Assembly (NCBI RefSeq): GCF_001194135.2
Contig: NC_068988.1
Coordinates: 51,087,778 to 51,151,777, forward strand
Length of the DNA: 64,000 bases
Reading direction: 5' to 3'
Source of the DNA: Octopus bimaculoides
Taxonomy: Eukaryota
The translations under genes were made by a program, and so were the position numbers. This document shows positions 27,200 through 40,565 of this stretch, one piece after another. Each line of letters begins with the position of its first letter. The stretch's first letter is position 1. The notes under the pieces are model-generated. The model saw only the letters and a list, made by a program, of their open reading frames with translations, was not told where the DNA came from and searched no databases.

Positions 27200-27480
27200 A
27201 TCATCGTTTAACGTCCACTTTCCATGCTAGCATGGGTTGGACGATTAGACTGAGGACTGGTGAACCAGTTGGCTACACCAGGCTCCAATCTGATTTGGCA
27301 GAGTTTCTACAGCTGGATGCCTTTCCTAACACCAACCACTCCGAGAGTGGAGTGGGTGCTTTTACGTGCCACCAGCACGAAGGCCAGTCAGGCGGTACTG
27401 GCAACGGCCATGCTCAAAATGGTGTATTTTACGTGCCACCTTCACAGGAGCCAGTCCAGCAGCACTGGCAACGATACTGG
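27200..27480 (-). mobile_element. Isolated RTE 3' tail (representative; others at about 20670-20870, 24955-25020, 25082-25260, 28100-28320, 39258-39520, 40730-40950, 42230-42340)
   Basis: Matches the 3' end of the RTE at 12830-13030, ending in GGACGTTAAACGATGATG. Confidence 0.85.
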
Positions 27481-27786
27481 CAACGATCTGCCCTTCCTAA
27501 ATACCAACCACTTTACAGTGTGTACTGGATGCTTTTTTTCAAGGCACAAGCAATAGTGAAGTCACTAAGTACTCACAAGACAAGGCCCCTCAATTGAGTA
27601 GGGTGTAGTATTAGAAGATGTGGAAGTATTATTGCTGGACAAGAACAGGTTTTGTCTTTCATCTCACAAGGTGTCCATTGATCGCCTTCCTCTGGCTTGT
27701 TAGGGTTGCTGGTTTAGTCACTGACGACCCAACCATGCAGCAGATTGTACTAAGTTACATTCTACCAGTGGCTGGGCATTACATTC

Positions 27787-27997
27787 TTAATCCTTTAGCA
27801 TTCAGATTATTCTGTCAAATCTAATGTTCATTCATATTGTTTTGAACTCATCAGCTTTGAGATTTCAACAATTTGATAATTTATTTTTTAGATTGACATT
27901 GTAAGGTAGGTGTGAAAGGTCACACTGGGCCCTTTTGGACATAAAACGGGTCGAATATTTGGGCCTGATATGGCTGGGTTAAATGCTAAAGGGTTAA
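27787..27997. mobile_element. piggyBac-type MITE with TTAA TSDs
   Basis: TTAA-(T)CCTTTAGCATT...AATGCTAAAGGG-TTAA; an inverted copy of the same family lies at 37789-38004. Confidence 0.8.
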
Positions 27998-30900
27998 ACT
28001 ACCAGAGACTCTATATACCTATCTACACTAGCATACACACTAGAGCTATCTAAATTTTCTACCCTTGTATCCAGGCTTGTCCCTTGCAACCCTCTCCAGC
28101 AGAGCATTCCTAATTTTGCGGGCTTATAAGTGCTGATGCCACATAAAAATCACCTATACTGGTACTGTATAAAAGTACCCAGTGCATTTAAGTGGTTGGC
28201 TTTAGGAAGGGCATCCAGCTGTAGAAACCATGTCAAAACATACGGAGCCTGAACAGCCCTTCAGCTTGTCAAACTGTCCAACTCATGCCAGCATGGAAAA
28301 CAGATATTAAGTGATGATGATCTGCTTTAGTCACTACATAATTACCTCCCTATTCAACCACAGACACTCCCCCACAAAACTATATCTTTTCACTGACATA
28401 GACACCAAACACTAAACTACCTCTGTATACAACTGTAGACACTACTGGCTAAGTTATATCCTACATTATGAACCAATGAAGGAGCCTTTGCTAAAAATAA
28501 CAACCAAATTTCCTTCATCGCAATATTAACTTTAAAATGGAAAGGCACATTGGGTAATATAATCTTAATAAGCAAAAGAACTGGGTAGTCATGGCTGGAA
28601 TGCCTTTGATCATAATTTTGCTAGATTTACTGACCTTGGGTTTAACAACAACCATAGAAACTATGTAACTAATGGTCAAAATGTATGGCAGTCTTTCCTT
28701 ATCAGTGGGAAATATTTCAATAGATGGATGTACAGAGAGTGAGAAGTTTCAATGAGAGGTTGAAGTGAGAGATAAAGAGCTAGAAGGGGAGGGGGAAGAC
28801 ACATTAGCTGTAATAGCTGAGAGGGTATAATGATTTATAAAGTTTTCTTTCAGACTTATCATTTTTTCTATCTCTTTCATAGACTGCTTAGACATAAACT
28901 GAATATAATCAATACGTCCATATTGATTATGTTTATAAAAAATAAAAAATAGATTTCACTTGACTGCTTAGTCTGACATACACACACACACACACACATA
29001 CACACACACACACACCTGCAACATTATCACTCATATACACAAGTAAAACTCCTATAATCTTACTTTTATAGATTAATAAAATGTCTTATTCTTTAAAACA
29101 ATAGCAGCGGTTTCATTGAGGAAGTGCTTAATAATTGAACTTGTAATTCTATTGTCTTGGAATTGTGTCTTGCTTGATCAATGCAGCTTAAAGAATTTAC
29201 CCATATTAGCAGCTCTGGCAATTCTAAGGGAATAATAGTGCAGTAATTGTATTGTTAGTGTTTCACACTAGAGTTTGCACACCAACAGTTTCTTGTGTTA
29301 GTCTCACCAATTATTTATTTTATCACACACACATACTCTCTCTCTCTCTCTCAGTCACTATTTGTTCTCTCTATCTCTCTCTCTCTCATCTGAAACTTTG
29401 TGTTGTCACAGCTTGTATTGACACAACTATCATTAACCATTCTAATAACCACCAACCTACTAGAAATATCAACTAAACATCCCTGCAAATCACACCCTAC
29501 CATCTTAAAACCACTGCACATTGATATATCATCATCATTATTTAAAGTCCTCCTTCCACTCTGGTATGGGTTGGTTGGTGTGACAGGAGCTGGCCAGGCA
29601 GAAGACTGCGCCATACTTCTGTGTCTGTTCTGGCATTATTTTTGCGGCTGCATGCCCTTCCTAACATCAACCACCTTGTAGAGTTGGCTTATATATATAT
29701 GCTGAGACCCCCTTCGGTCATGACTGACCATGGGATTGCACCTAGAAAATTACCCTCCCAGGCACAAGTCCGGGCAAGGTTGTTTATGGAAGACCAGCAG
29801 TCGCCCATGCATACCGGTCTCCCCTCTCCAAGTCACCAGTGTTATCTAAGGGAAAGGCAAAGGGGCCGATACAGCTTGGCACCTGTGATGTCGCAACTCA
29901 TTTCTACAGCTGAGTGAACTGGAGCAACGTGAAATAAAGTGTCTTGCTCAAGAACACAACACGCAGCCCGGTCTGGGATTCGAACTCACAACCCCACGAT
30001 CATAAGATCGATGCTCTAACCACTGAGCCATGCGCCTTCACTATATATAGTATTCAATGCATCATATCTGAAAATAAGATTGAATGGTCATGGAACTCTT
30101 ATCATAGGTGCATTAGATTAGGGCTGACCTGTGTTTAAATACAAATATTTTCATTGCAATACTCTGCATCTCTGAACATGTTGATTGATTGTATACAAAC
30201 TGTCTTCACTTTGTGCAGAGTACTTGTCTTGTCTCCACCTTCTTCACCTGTTACATTCACCACCAACACCATAATCACTGATCCTTCCCATGAGCTGCTT
30301 TGAACATCCACATGAAATTTCCTTACCTACCACCCATGTTTCTTTCCCCTACTTTCAACTAACCTACAACAGAAATCAATGTTTCAAATCCCCAATCTCC
30401 TCTCCCTGTACATGTAAGATTATATACCTGTAAAATGAGTTAATTACCATTACTTTTAATGAACATTTTAAAGACAGGAAAGGAAATGGTGTTGTGTGAC
30501 ATTCGTGAATGACTGGGGGTTGAATCTAAGTTATCTGTCACAGTGTCAGGCTTACCCTAACCAAAGCCTTTCTACAATATAATGACACTAATCAAGGTTA
30601 TTAAAGGAACAACGAACATTAAAAGGGGAATTCTCCACTGCAAGTTATATCTCTGAGATAGTTTAAATTCTTGATTAAAAAAAAAATCATCCACTTACAC
30701 CGCAAATACTTTTAAGAAAGACATGACCATCTCAGAGTATTATACTTTCTTCTTAATATATTTGAGGCCATGAGCCTAACAAACTCAAAATCGATCAGTT
30801 GAATAATTTTATTTTATCTGTAAACATTATTTCAATAGTAGCAGTAGTAGCACCAGTAGTGTACTTTTTAATATATGTATCTTCCCAATCACATTTTGAT

Positions 30901-31388
30901 GTTTAAAGTTGTTTTCCAAGTTATTGTTGTTAAGCCTAGGGGCAGCTCTGACAGCAGATTTAAAGTCAAAGGTGTCCCAGTCATGATCATTTTTTCTCTC
31001 TTTTTTTTTTTGTTAAGTGTTGTAAGGTATGATTTGAAGGAAAATTTAACTACTGTTTCAGAGAATTTGAATTAACTACATAGAGGTTGGAGAAAGCATT
31101 AATGTCACAACTTTCTATGTCTACTTTCTTTATAAATTTGAGGATCTGTGACAAAACCCATCTTAAGCATCATTATTCTAAAGCAGTGTTCTTCTCAACT
31201 ACTGTTTTTGCCTGTGGAGTCCTTTGATTGCTCTTTTACTTGAGGCGAGCAGAGGGTGGGGGCAAGCTAATAACCATTCAATGTCAAAAAAATCTGCTGT
31301 TATACTTTTATGATTAAATATTAGGATTGGTATAAAAAAAGATGTTCAAATATGTTTTGTGTATTGTAGAAATATTTGCACGTTAAGT

Positions 31389-31737
31389 TTAACCCCTTGC
31401 AGATGGGAAGCAGTACGGACTGCATTGAAACAGTCCGTATAGGTGCAGGAGTGGCTGTGTGGTAAGTAGCTTGCTTACCAACCACATGGTTCCGGGTTCA
31501 GTCCCACTGCATGGCACCTTGGGAAAGTGTCTTCTACTATAGCCTCGGGCCGACCAAAGCCTTGTGAGTGGATTTGGTAAACGGAAACTGAAAGGTTGGC
31601 GTTAGGAAGGGCATCCAGCTGTAGAAACTCTGCCAAATTTAGATTGGAGCCTGGTGTTGCCATCTGGTTTCACCAGTCCTCAGTCAAGTCGTCCAACCCA
31701 TGCTAGCATGGAAAGCGGACGTTAAACGATGATGATG

Positions 31738-31770
<33 letters not shown>

Positions 31771-32159
31771 TATACGTATATGTGTTTGTGTGTCTGTGTT
31801 TGTCCCTCCACCATCGCTTGACAACCAATGCTGGTGTGTTTACGTCCCCGTAACTTAGCAGTTCGGCAAAAAAAGACCAATAGAATAAGTACTAGGCTTA
31901 TAAAAGAATAAGTCCTGGGGTTGATTTTCTCGACTAAAGGCAGTGCTCCAGCATGGCCGCAGTCAAATGACTGAAACAAGTAAAAGAGTAAAGAGAGTGT
32001 GTGTGAGTAGTGCTATGTCTCGCTCTGTGTGGCACTGTGGTTTTAAATATACCACACTGAAAAGAATCTGTAAATACACTGTAAAATTCCTTGTATGAAA
32101 AATTGTGAAGTTACTGAGTGGCCAGACTGTCAGTACAAAATCCATCAGCAAGGGGTTAA
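31389..32159. mobile_element. piggyBac-type MITE hosting a SINE and an RTE tail
   Basis: TTAA-CCCCTTGCAGATGG ... CCATCAGCAAGGGG-TTAA (14-bp TIR, 1 mismatch). Confidence 0.8.
31442..31995 (+). mobile_element. SINE family A interrupted by an RTE 3' tail (31595-31739)
   Basis: Head runs to GGAAACTGAAAG, then the RTE tail ending in GATGATGAT, then the SINE (TA)n and 3' half resume. Confidence 0.9.
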
Positions 32160-33367
32160 CAACAAAATCCAGTTGAGACTTACTGTTCTAACATATAAAT
32201 CTTTTGTTTATTTATATATCTATGTCCACCACCATAGACAATAGCACTAACACCTAAAAGACTGTTTAACCAGGGTTTTTAAATTTTTTTTATTTTACAT
32301 TCTTATTGCATTCCAACATAAACAGTTCCTCTCTCCAATCAAGCAATGCCAGCTTGGAAATTCAGATATTTTAAAAGAAGAGAGGATTATAATGTTGGAG
32401 ATGATGATGGTGATGATGTTTATGATAATGTTGGTGGTGGTGATGATTACTACATATTCGTCTTGACATTAGATACAATCTAAATTTTTTTTCTTTTCTG
32501 CTAACCTCTTTACTCAAATTTCCCTTCATATAATCACTTTTCTGTTCATTAGTCAATCGATACTCAGATATAACTCTATCACCATAGCAACATCTTTCTG
32601 AAACTATTACTTACTAATGTAGGTACTCAGAAGTTGGGCTTCCAGCAACCTAATTTTCATTTGCAGTAGTGACTTGTTTCTCTTTTATTTACGCTGTTCA
32701 TTCCATCTACAAGAGGGACATGTATTCTACACAGACCCATTTTCTCCTTATTTTCTGTGATTCTGATTCCTTGCTGTCAGTGTTAATTACTAATGTAACT
32801 TCATAGTTTGCCTAGCTGGCTTTACAATATTCTAGCTTAGTGCCTTACAGTTCTGGTTTTATATGTCCTTCATGGTTAATTGATTTTTTTTCTGCTATTT
32901 TCTGTGATATTGTGAATATTGTCTTTCTCCACAAGTTATCATACTCTTTGCTGAAATCCACTGAATACTGTCATTTCCCCAATGCTGGTAGCAATTAGTC
33001 TACTGCACTACACTTTACAATAGGTACTGTTCCTTCCCCCATCTGTACTCAACAGTTAGCTTACCAAAATCACCAGTTAACCCATAATCTTCCTCATTAC
33101 ATGTTTTTTTTAAAGCTTGTTGTATTTTAAACAAGACATGGTCAGCCTTTTTCTAGAAGTGGGCCATATGCAACACAGCTCATCATCAGAGCAGTGCTAA
33201 TAAAAAAAAAGTCCAAGGTAATTTTTCTTATTAGGCATTCCTTCAGGAAATCCTGCAGGTGGCAGTTGGCCCATGACTCCTTTAATTCTTCTTGCACACA
33301 TTTCTTACATACATACATACATAGAACATGCACACTCCTACATACACTACTTTTACTTTTCTGCTCA

Positions 33368-33407
<40 letters not shown>

Positions 33408-33955
33408 TCAACGACTTTTCCTAGCCTCTCATCATCTTTTCCGTTCTGCCTCTCCACTACCAACTCCATCACACATGGCTCCTCCACCTTTTCTCTCACC
33501 CCCCCCTCTCTCTCTCTCTCTCTCTCCTTCTGAATACCTCTCTTCTACCAGTTCTCTTCCTCCCTACTACTCTATCACATTAGCTCACACCATTTAGTGA
33601 TGACAAATCAATAATGACAAAATTGTGATTTAGGTAATTAGAGTAGCTGTCAGCAAAAATTATATGATGTGTGTATGTGTCCATGATGGTAATATCATTG
33701 GATTAAAGGTTCAAATTGTATACTTTGGTATAAATGATCAGTTTTATTCATTTATATATGATGGATTATATTTTATATCTGCATATTTATATTTTTTATG
33801 GATGACTACTAATATATGTATGTTTGTATGTATGTATACACATAGTGTATGTATGTGTGTATAATTGTCAAATATTAATTGAAGGCTTGACCAATACCTT
33901 TCAAGTCATCAGAATATCATATATATATATCTTATTTTTACAAGGAAATGGTTGG

Positions 33956-34026
33956 CAGTGACTTTTTTGGCTTAGTCACCTTTGTCAGACTGACGAAAGT
34001 GACTAAGTGCAATTTTGAAGTCACTT
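33956..34026. repeat. Short palindrome with hammerhead-like cores, same family as 14292
   Basis: CTTAGTCACCTTTGTCAG-A-CTGACGAAAGTGACTAAG (16/18 match between arms); both arms end in AAGTCAC, as at 14292-14429. Confidence 0.65.
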
Positions 34027-34644
34027 CACTGTCATCCTTTTCCTTGCAAACACACACACACACACATATCAACATCATCATCACCATTTAATGTAGAAAG
34101 CATCTCAATGCTGCTCTGTGGCTCACCTGATCCTGTCAAACTTTCCATCTCATGTTAGCATGGAAAACATGTTAAGTGATGATAACATATGACCAGTTTT
34201 ATATTTCTGGATAGGATTTTCAAAAGCTTCATGTATCATCTTACTTGTTAGAATTCGAGTGTCTAAAGACATACACAGACACACACCTTGTCTCTGCTCA
34301 ACAACTCTTCTGCACCTCTCATCACTTCCATGCTCCTCCCACTACTACACGCATATACTTTCTTCACTTGATTAAAAATTCTATAAATTATTGTTGTGTA
34401 AAACATGCCTACCATCACCATTGAGGAACCTTCAGTGCAGCTGCTAGGCCTGCTAGAAATTGCAGCTAAATCATTATATTAAAGGATACATTGAACAATG
34501 TAGTCCCTGATATATAAAAAAAAAAGACTGTTATGACTGGAACAATTGCTTGATAGAACTGAAAGGGGTTAAACACTAACATGAACATAAGTTGATGAGC
34601 TAAAGAGGAAATTGTGCATGAGTGTATTGAGTAGACTGCTAAGC

Positions 34645-35139
34645 CTCTACATCAGTAGTGCTCAACCATTTTTTGCCTATGGACCCATTTGCTTCCTATT
34701 TTACGCAGGTGGACCCCCATAGCCATTTGATGTCTAATGCTTTTGATAACAACCTGGCTGAAACCACTTCTGGCTTTGTAGTACAAATGTCTTGTTTTCA
34801 AAAGTTTTGAATTAAAATCTTCCACCCCCACCTTAGTCACAATTTATGTTCCTAACACTAGCTTCATGATAACTAAGTTATTTTACTAATTTCTTTGTTA
34901 TATTTAAAATTAATTGAAAGAGACAGAGCATCTCAACAGACATATGGTAACAAAAGGGTTTTAAAAATCCCATTGTATTTTTATAATTAAATATTATTGG
35001 GAATTGTATGAAAAAAAATTTTAATATTTTGTATACTGAAGAAGTATAACCAATTTATTGCAGATAAATCTTAATAGCAAAATCTTATATGGACCCCCAA
35101 GGGTCATTTGGATCCTTGTTGAGAACCCTTGCTCTAAAT
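34645..35139. mobile_element. hAT/Charlie-type MITE with 8-bp TSD, containing a piggyBac-type MITE (about 34733-34950)
   Basis: TIRs CAGTAGTGCTCAAC and GTTGAGAACCCTTG; TSD CTCTACAT and CTCTAAAT. Confidence 0.7.
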
Positions 35140-35499
35140 GGCTACTTGACTTGCTAGAAATAGCAGCCAATTCACTCCTGTCTTGAAAAAAAAGGAAAGA
35201 TATGCTGGATAGTGTAGTCCTAGATACACAATCTAAAGGGTATATGGGATGGTCATTGCTAGAATACCTTTCATCATAGATGCACTTTAATAAAGTTAAC
35301 CTGACCGTTACAATAACATTATCAACTGGACACTTTTATCATTAATATCATAGATTTAAGAATAAAAAAAAGTATCAATGATGCTACTTGGGTCAGTAAA
35401 ATCAGCTATATCTTCTAAAAACTAATGTCTTGTGGAAGAGAAATAGCTAAAAGAAGGGAGGATGTGACATTGCACTATCAGTTTATAGGTCTTGGATTC

Positions 35500-36130
35500 A
35501 AACCATCTATAAGAGGAGTACTTACTTTACTCCCTATGGAGTATCAGCCATCAATGACTTTTCTTTACTGTCCTTGCCTCTGTACCATCTTTTCTTCTCT
35601 CCAGTTGGATCCCTGCTTTTTCAGCTCTTCCTCAGTATCCCATCTTTGGCTATTCTTTTAGTGTATCCTCTCTTCCATCTTTCTTGTGGGTTCCAGGTCA
35701 GGCTCTGATGTGTAATGCAGGATTTTGGTTTTCTTAATTTCCTTTTGGATTTTACTGCATCACATTACGTTTCCCTGAGGGAGGATATTTCTCTTCCAGG
35801 TCCTGTTGGTTTTGAATTGTCATTGATGTTTCTGTAACTTTTTAGTTAGGGATGTTGGCCCATACATGTATACATATAGTTTTCATTCCATTTACCTTTT
35901 GTTATTCAGATTTATTTTTCACACGTTAATGCCTTTGTTTTCTTTCTTTTTTAAGGTAATAACTGGTCCTTCATTATTTGATAGGGTTTCTTAATTGTCA
36001 TCTGCTTTATAAACTAATGACATGTATTATGGTTTCCTTGGACATAATTCATGATGTATATTTGTATGTGAACAAGTCCCCAAGCTATTTTTATATTAAA
36101 GTAAACTGCATTTATGAAATTTTTTAATAA
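35500..36130 (-). mobile_element. Decayed RTE-type LINE 3' end (different family from 4155/11390)
   Basis: ITHQSLTWNPQERWKRG resembles the ITRQALTWNPQGKRKRGRP C-terminal motif. Confidence 0.55.
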
Positions 36131-36624
36131 AACTAGGTGTGAAGTAATTTAATTATATAAGGAAACTGTAAAGTGGTGAAGATATCTAAAAATACTTCAA
36201 AGAGTATATGAAGTTTTGATTGTCAAGTTTGAATTCAAATTATCATAAGTTAATTTCATATTTTAACTCTCCAGGGTCAGTAAAACAAAAACTTCTAATA
36301 CAATGAAGAAGATTCAATCACCTGTACCCTTTGTCCAACTGATATTGTCCTTGTGTATAGTCATAAGATGCATATAATAAATTTTACATTCAAAAGTGAG
36401 TTATGAATTACTTCCTCTTGTATTGATATGGACCTGGTATGATAGATAAGTTACTTTCTATAGGTACAGGTATTTAGGTGATTCATTTCATCCCCAAGGA
36501 AAATAAATATTTCATAAATCTCCATACACTGTTTAGAGGACAATTAAATAATGACTTAGTGTGTTTATGTTGTTGTTTAACCCAAGGTCAGTCTGATCAA
36601 GCCGGCCTGTCTTCTAGTCATTTG

Positions 36625-37010
36625 TCTTTTACTCGTTTTGTGGGTCATGATCTTGAAAGGTTTTAGTTGAAAAAATCAACCCCAGGACTTATTTTTTTAA
36701 ACCTAATTCTTATTCCATTGGTCTCTTTTGCCAAACTGCTAAGTTACGGGGATGTAAACACACCAACACCAGTTGTCAAGCGGTGGTGGGGGACAAATGC
36801 AGGCACAAAGGCACACATACATAGATATATACATATGTATATACCTATATACAATGGGCTTCTTTCAGTTTCCATCTACCAAATCCACTCACTAGGCTTT
36901 GGTTGGCCCAAGGTTATTGTAGAAGACACTTGCCTAAGGTGCCACGCAGTGGGACTGAACCAGGAACCATGTGGCTGGGAAGCAAGCATCTTACCACTCC
37001 TCATGCATAG
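36625..37010 (-). mobile_element. SINE family A, full copy
   Basis: Reverse complement of family A with CpG decay. Confidence 0.85.
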
Positions 37011-37344
37011 TGTATCAAACACTAGAGTCCTTCCATCACACTCTTCTTATCTCGCTCTTCTTCCCTTTAGCTGTTGTTGTCGATCTAACAACACAGAAAC
37101 ATTTATAGCTGTCCTTGTTAAAATTTTGTCTGACACAATATTTTTTTAAAAATTGGTCATTGCACAGGAAATGAGATAACTGTTTATCTGAATTTCTTTA
37201 TCAGTAGTGTGTGCATGTGTGTATGCACACATATACACATTTTACTTTTTTTTCTAAATATTTTATTATTATTATTATTATTATTTTAATTTTGTTTTTG
37301 TTAAATTAGTATTTATTTGTTTATTTATTCTTAATATTTTATAG

Positions 37345-37490
37345 TCGAAAGAAAGAACCAGTTTACACCTGAAGAATTTCAAAAGCTTCACACTCAAATT
37401 CAAGAGTTGAACAAAACTCTCAATAACTACAAATCTGGTAAAAATGGCCTCCAGGCGATTCTTTATAATGTCACCTTACTTACAAAGGAC
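37345..37490 (+). CDS. EFCAB14: EFCAB14-like exon, coiled coil
   Basis: ttttatAG ... GAC|GTAAGT; 146 nt, phase 1 in fits the previous exon. (V)ERKNQFTPEEFQKLHTQIQELNKTLNNYKSGKNGLQAILYNVTLLTKD resembles recalled human ...KIESGEMGLNKVWINITEMNKQ. Confidence 0.88.
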
Positions 37491-37788
37491 GTAAGTATGT
37501 CTACATTATCATCTTCTTAATCTGTCTCAATGAGTCATGACAACTGCTCATTCAGTGGGCATTTCTTTTGTTTTCTTTCTACAATTGTGAGTAAAGAAAG
37601 TAGTATTGACTTGCATTGGTGGTTGTGTTGCAAAGGTAGAAGTGTAATGTTGGTATTAATTAATCTATCTGGAAACAACCAATTAACAAATGTCAATGAA
37701 CATTAGTCAACAGTGTAGAAACAATAATTGATGATTACTTGTAAAATGTTTCCCTTTGAAATTATTAATTGAATCACCAAAGGAAAAT

Positions 37789-38004
37789 TTAACTCTTTAG
37801 CATTTAAACTTGCCCAAATATTCTTCCTGTTTTGTTCAAACTGACCAGATCCAACCTCTCACACTTACCCTACAGTGTTATTCTGAAAATAAGCAATCAC
37901 ATCATCGAAATCTTGAAACTATGAGATAATGCATGATTAATTCAAAACAGTGTGATTAAATGAACATTATACTTGACTGAGTAATCTGAATGCTAAACTG
38001 TTAA
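37789..38004. mobile_element. piggyBac-type MITE with TTAA TSDs
   Basis: TTAA-CTCTTTAGCATTT...ATGCTAAACTG-TTAA; reverse complement of the 27787 family. Confidence 0.75.
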
Positions 38005-38470
38005 CTGTGTATTTGTAATTACCAGTGCCGCTGGACAAGCTCCTGTGCAGGTGGCACGTAAAAAACACCATTTGAGCGTGGCCGTTGCCAGTAGCACCTG
38101 ACTGGCCTTCACCATGTCTTCACCATGCTGCTGTTTCTGTGAATCCACTACTCATGCTGTGTAATTAGAGTAAGGAAATGGTAGAGCGTGGTCAGTTAAC
38201 AGTTACTTCACACTGCCAGACCAAATACTTGGTAGTATTTAGTTGTATCTCTGTATGTGCTGTGTTCAAATCCCAGCAGAGTTCACTTTTGCTTTTTATG
38301 TTTGGGATCAATAAACTATGGTGTATCATTGGCTATTCCTTTGCTTGTGAAAATTTGGCAATGTTTCTATGCTGGAAATATTTATTGAGATAACAAAAAG
38401 TCAGTTAACTACTTCAAAGGAAATAACTTTTGTATTATATTTCTATAATAAATTATTATCATTATTGTTG

Positions 38471-38520
<50 letters not shown>

Positions 38521-40466
38521 ATAAATGCTATAAAGTAGTCAAATGAATAGGTGTATCTAGCTTTGAATTCCTGGCTTGAAGCCATTTAGACTCCCATTAC
38601 CAATGCCTTTGGGAGGGCAATGAAAATTTCAACATCACTCACCAACCTGATGCCCTGTGTTTATGGAAATAAACCTGGTATGGTTAGTTAATTCTATAAT
38701 TATATTAATAATTTAAGTATAAACGCTGAATGATTTTATTAATAATTTAAAGATAAAAGCCCTTAAAAAGTATGTTCCTGACTTCTAAAGTATCAAGACG
38801 CCTGCTTAGAAGAGTTAGGCTGACATGTTCTCTTAGACAATACAAGATGATAAATATAGATTGTATTGTTTATCTGTTGTCTTTGATGTAAAATTTCCTT
38901 TTGAATTATTTAACTTCTAAATAATTTTATTTCCCTCTATCAAAAACTGTACCATCTGCTACATTGACTTCATAGTTCTTTGATCACTACTTCACTACAG
39001 TTAAGGTGAAGGCTATGTTTTACTAATGAGCTCAGAATAAGACCAAAAATATGTCCAGAATTGTTTCTCATAAATATTATTGTCATTTTGTAATTGTGTT
39101 CTTTCATTCCTACACATTCATTTGTAGTTAACATGAGATCTTCAGTTCAGTCCCACTGCGCAGCACATTAGACAGGTGTCTTCTAATATAGCCACATGCC
39201 AACAAAAGCCTTGTGAGTGAATTTGGAAGATGGAAACTGAAAGAAATCTGTCCTATATCATCATCATCTTTTAACTTCCATGCTGTTGTGGATTGGATGG
39301 TTTGACAAGAGCTGGAGAGCTGCCCAGGCTCCAATTGTTTGGCCAGCTGGAGAGCTGTCCAGGCTCCAGTTGCATGATCTGGCATTGTTTCTACACCTGG
39401 ATGTTCTTCCTAATGCCAACCACTTTACAGAGTGTGCTGGGTGCTTTTTACATGCTACCAGCATGGGTGCTTTTACATGGCTCCATAACTAGTGTATTTT
39501 ACGTGGCGCCAGCACAAGTATCCTTGTCTAGGCATCACATGATGGCTGTAAAGGAGCATCATTGTCATACAACCGAAGTTGTTCATTTCCAGTCTTCCAC
39601 ACAGTTTCTATCTATCAAATTTACTCACATCAATCAGTCAGCCTGGAACTATACTAGAAGATACTTGCCCAAAGTGAAGTGCTGTAGGACTGAACCTGAA
39701 ACCACATGGCTGCAAAATGAGTTTCTTAATCACGGACCCCACCCCCACCTTTTTTTTTTTTTTAAGTCAGCAAAGAAAGGGCTGCCCCCACAAACTTTTT
39801 TTGTGACTAGTGATGAAGTGGGAGAGAGAAACCATGTTTCACATTGGTTGCAACTGTAAGAAGCAACACAGCAAAACATGGAATAATCTTTAGAACAGAG
39901 GTTTTGATCTGATTGCATGCAACAAAGAGGCTGCCACTAAAGGCACTCAAGAGTCATACATGTTATTAAACTGAGCAAAGGATCAAGTCTATCACCTGAG
40001 GTGGAAAAGAAATTTGCCCAAGACAAATATTGCAGATCACCGTATTTTTAATGTAGTTAGTTAAACTGCAGTGATTAAATCAGGCAAGAAAAAGAAGAAA
40101 AAAATGATGTGAAGATTCTCTTTCGTCCTTTATTTTTATACCAATCTGAAATATAGGATATTTTATTTGTGAAGTTATCAAACATAAATTAGTAGTTTGT
40201 CCCTTTTTCATTCTCTTTCAAATGCTGTGTGCATCTATATCCTTACTTGGTTTAAAAATAATATTTTAGAATATGGAATGGTTCTATGATTTTTACTTTT
40301 TAGGAGGCAGTGTTACCACCATTGGTTGTTTGGTGGTGTTATCGCTTGTCATCTCAGTACTTCATCTACTATTTGTGTGCAAAAGTTGCACTTCTGTTTT
40401 GTCAGTCATGTTACAACAATTCATCACTTGGTGTCACCACTGAAAATTATCCCTTTTCATTTATAG

Positions 40467-40565
40467 ATTGCCACTCTCAAAGAAAATTCAGCCAGTTTAC
40501 AAAAAAGTCTTGCCAAAGCTCCTTCTCTTGAGTCATTGCCAACTGAAGTAGAGACTATGTCAAAG
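40467..40565 (+). CDS. EFCAB14: EFCAB14-like exon
   Basis: cccttttcatttatAG ... AAG|GTAAAC; 99 nt, phase 0/0. IATLKENSASLQKSLAKAPSLESLPTEVETMSK resembles recalled human ISLLTSAVNHLKANVKSAADLISLPTTVEGLQK. Confidence 0.88.
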
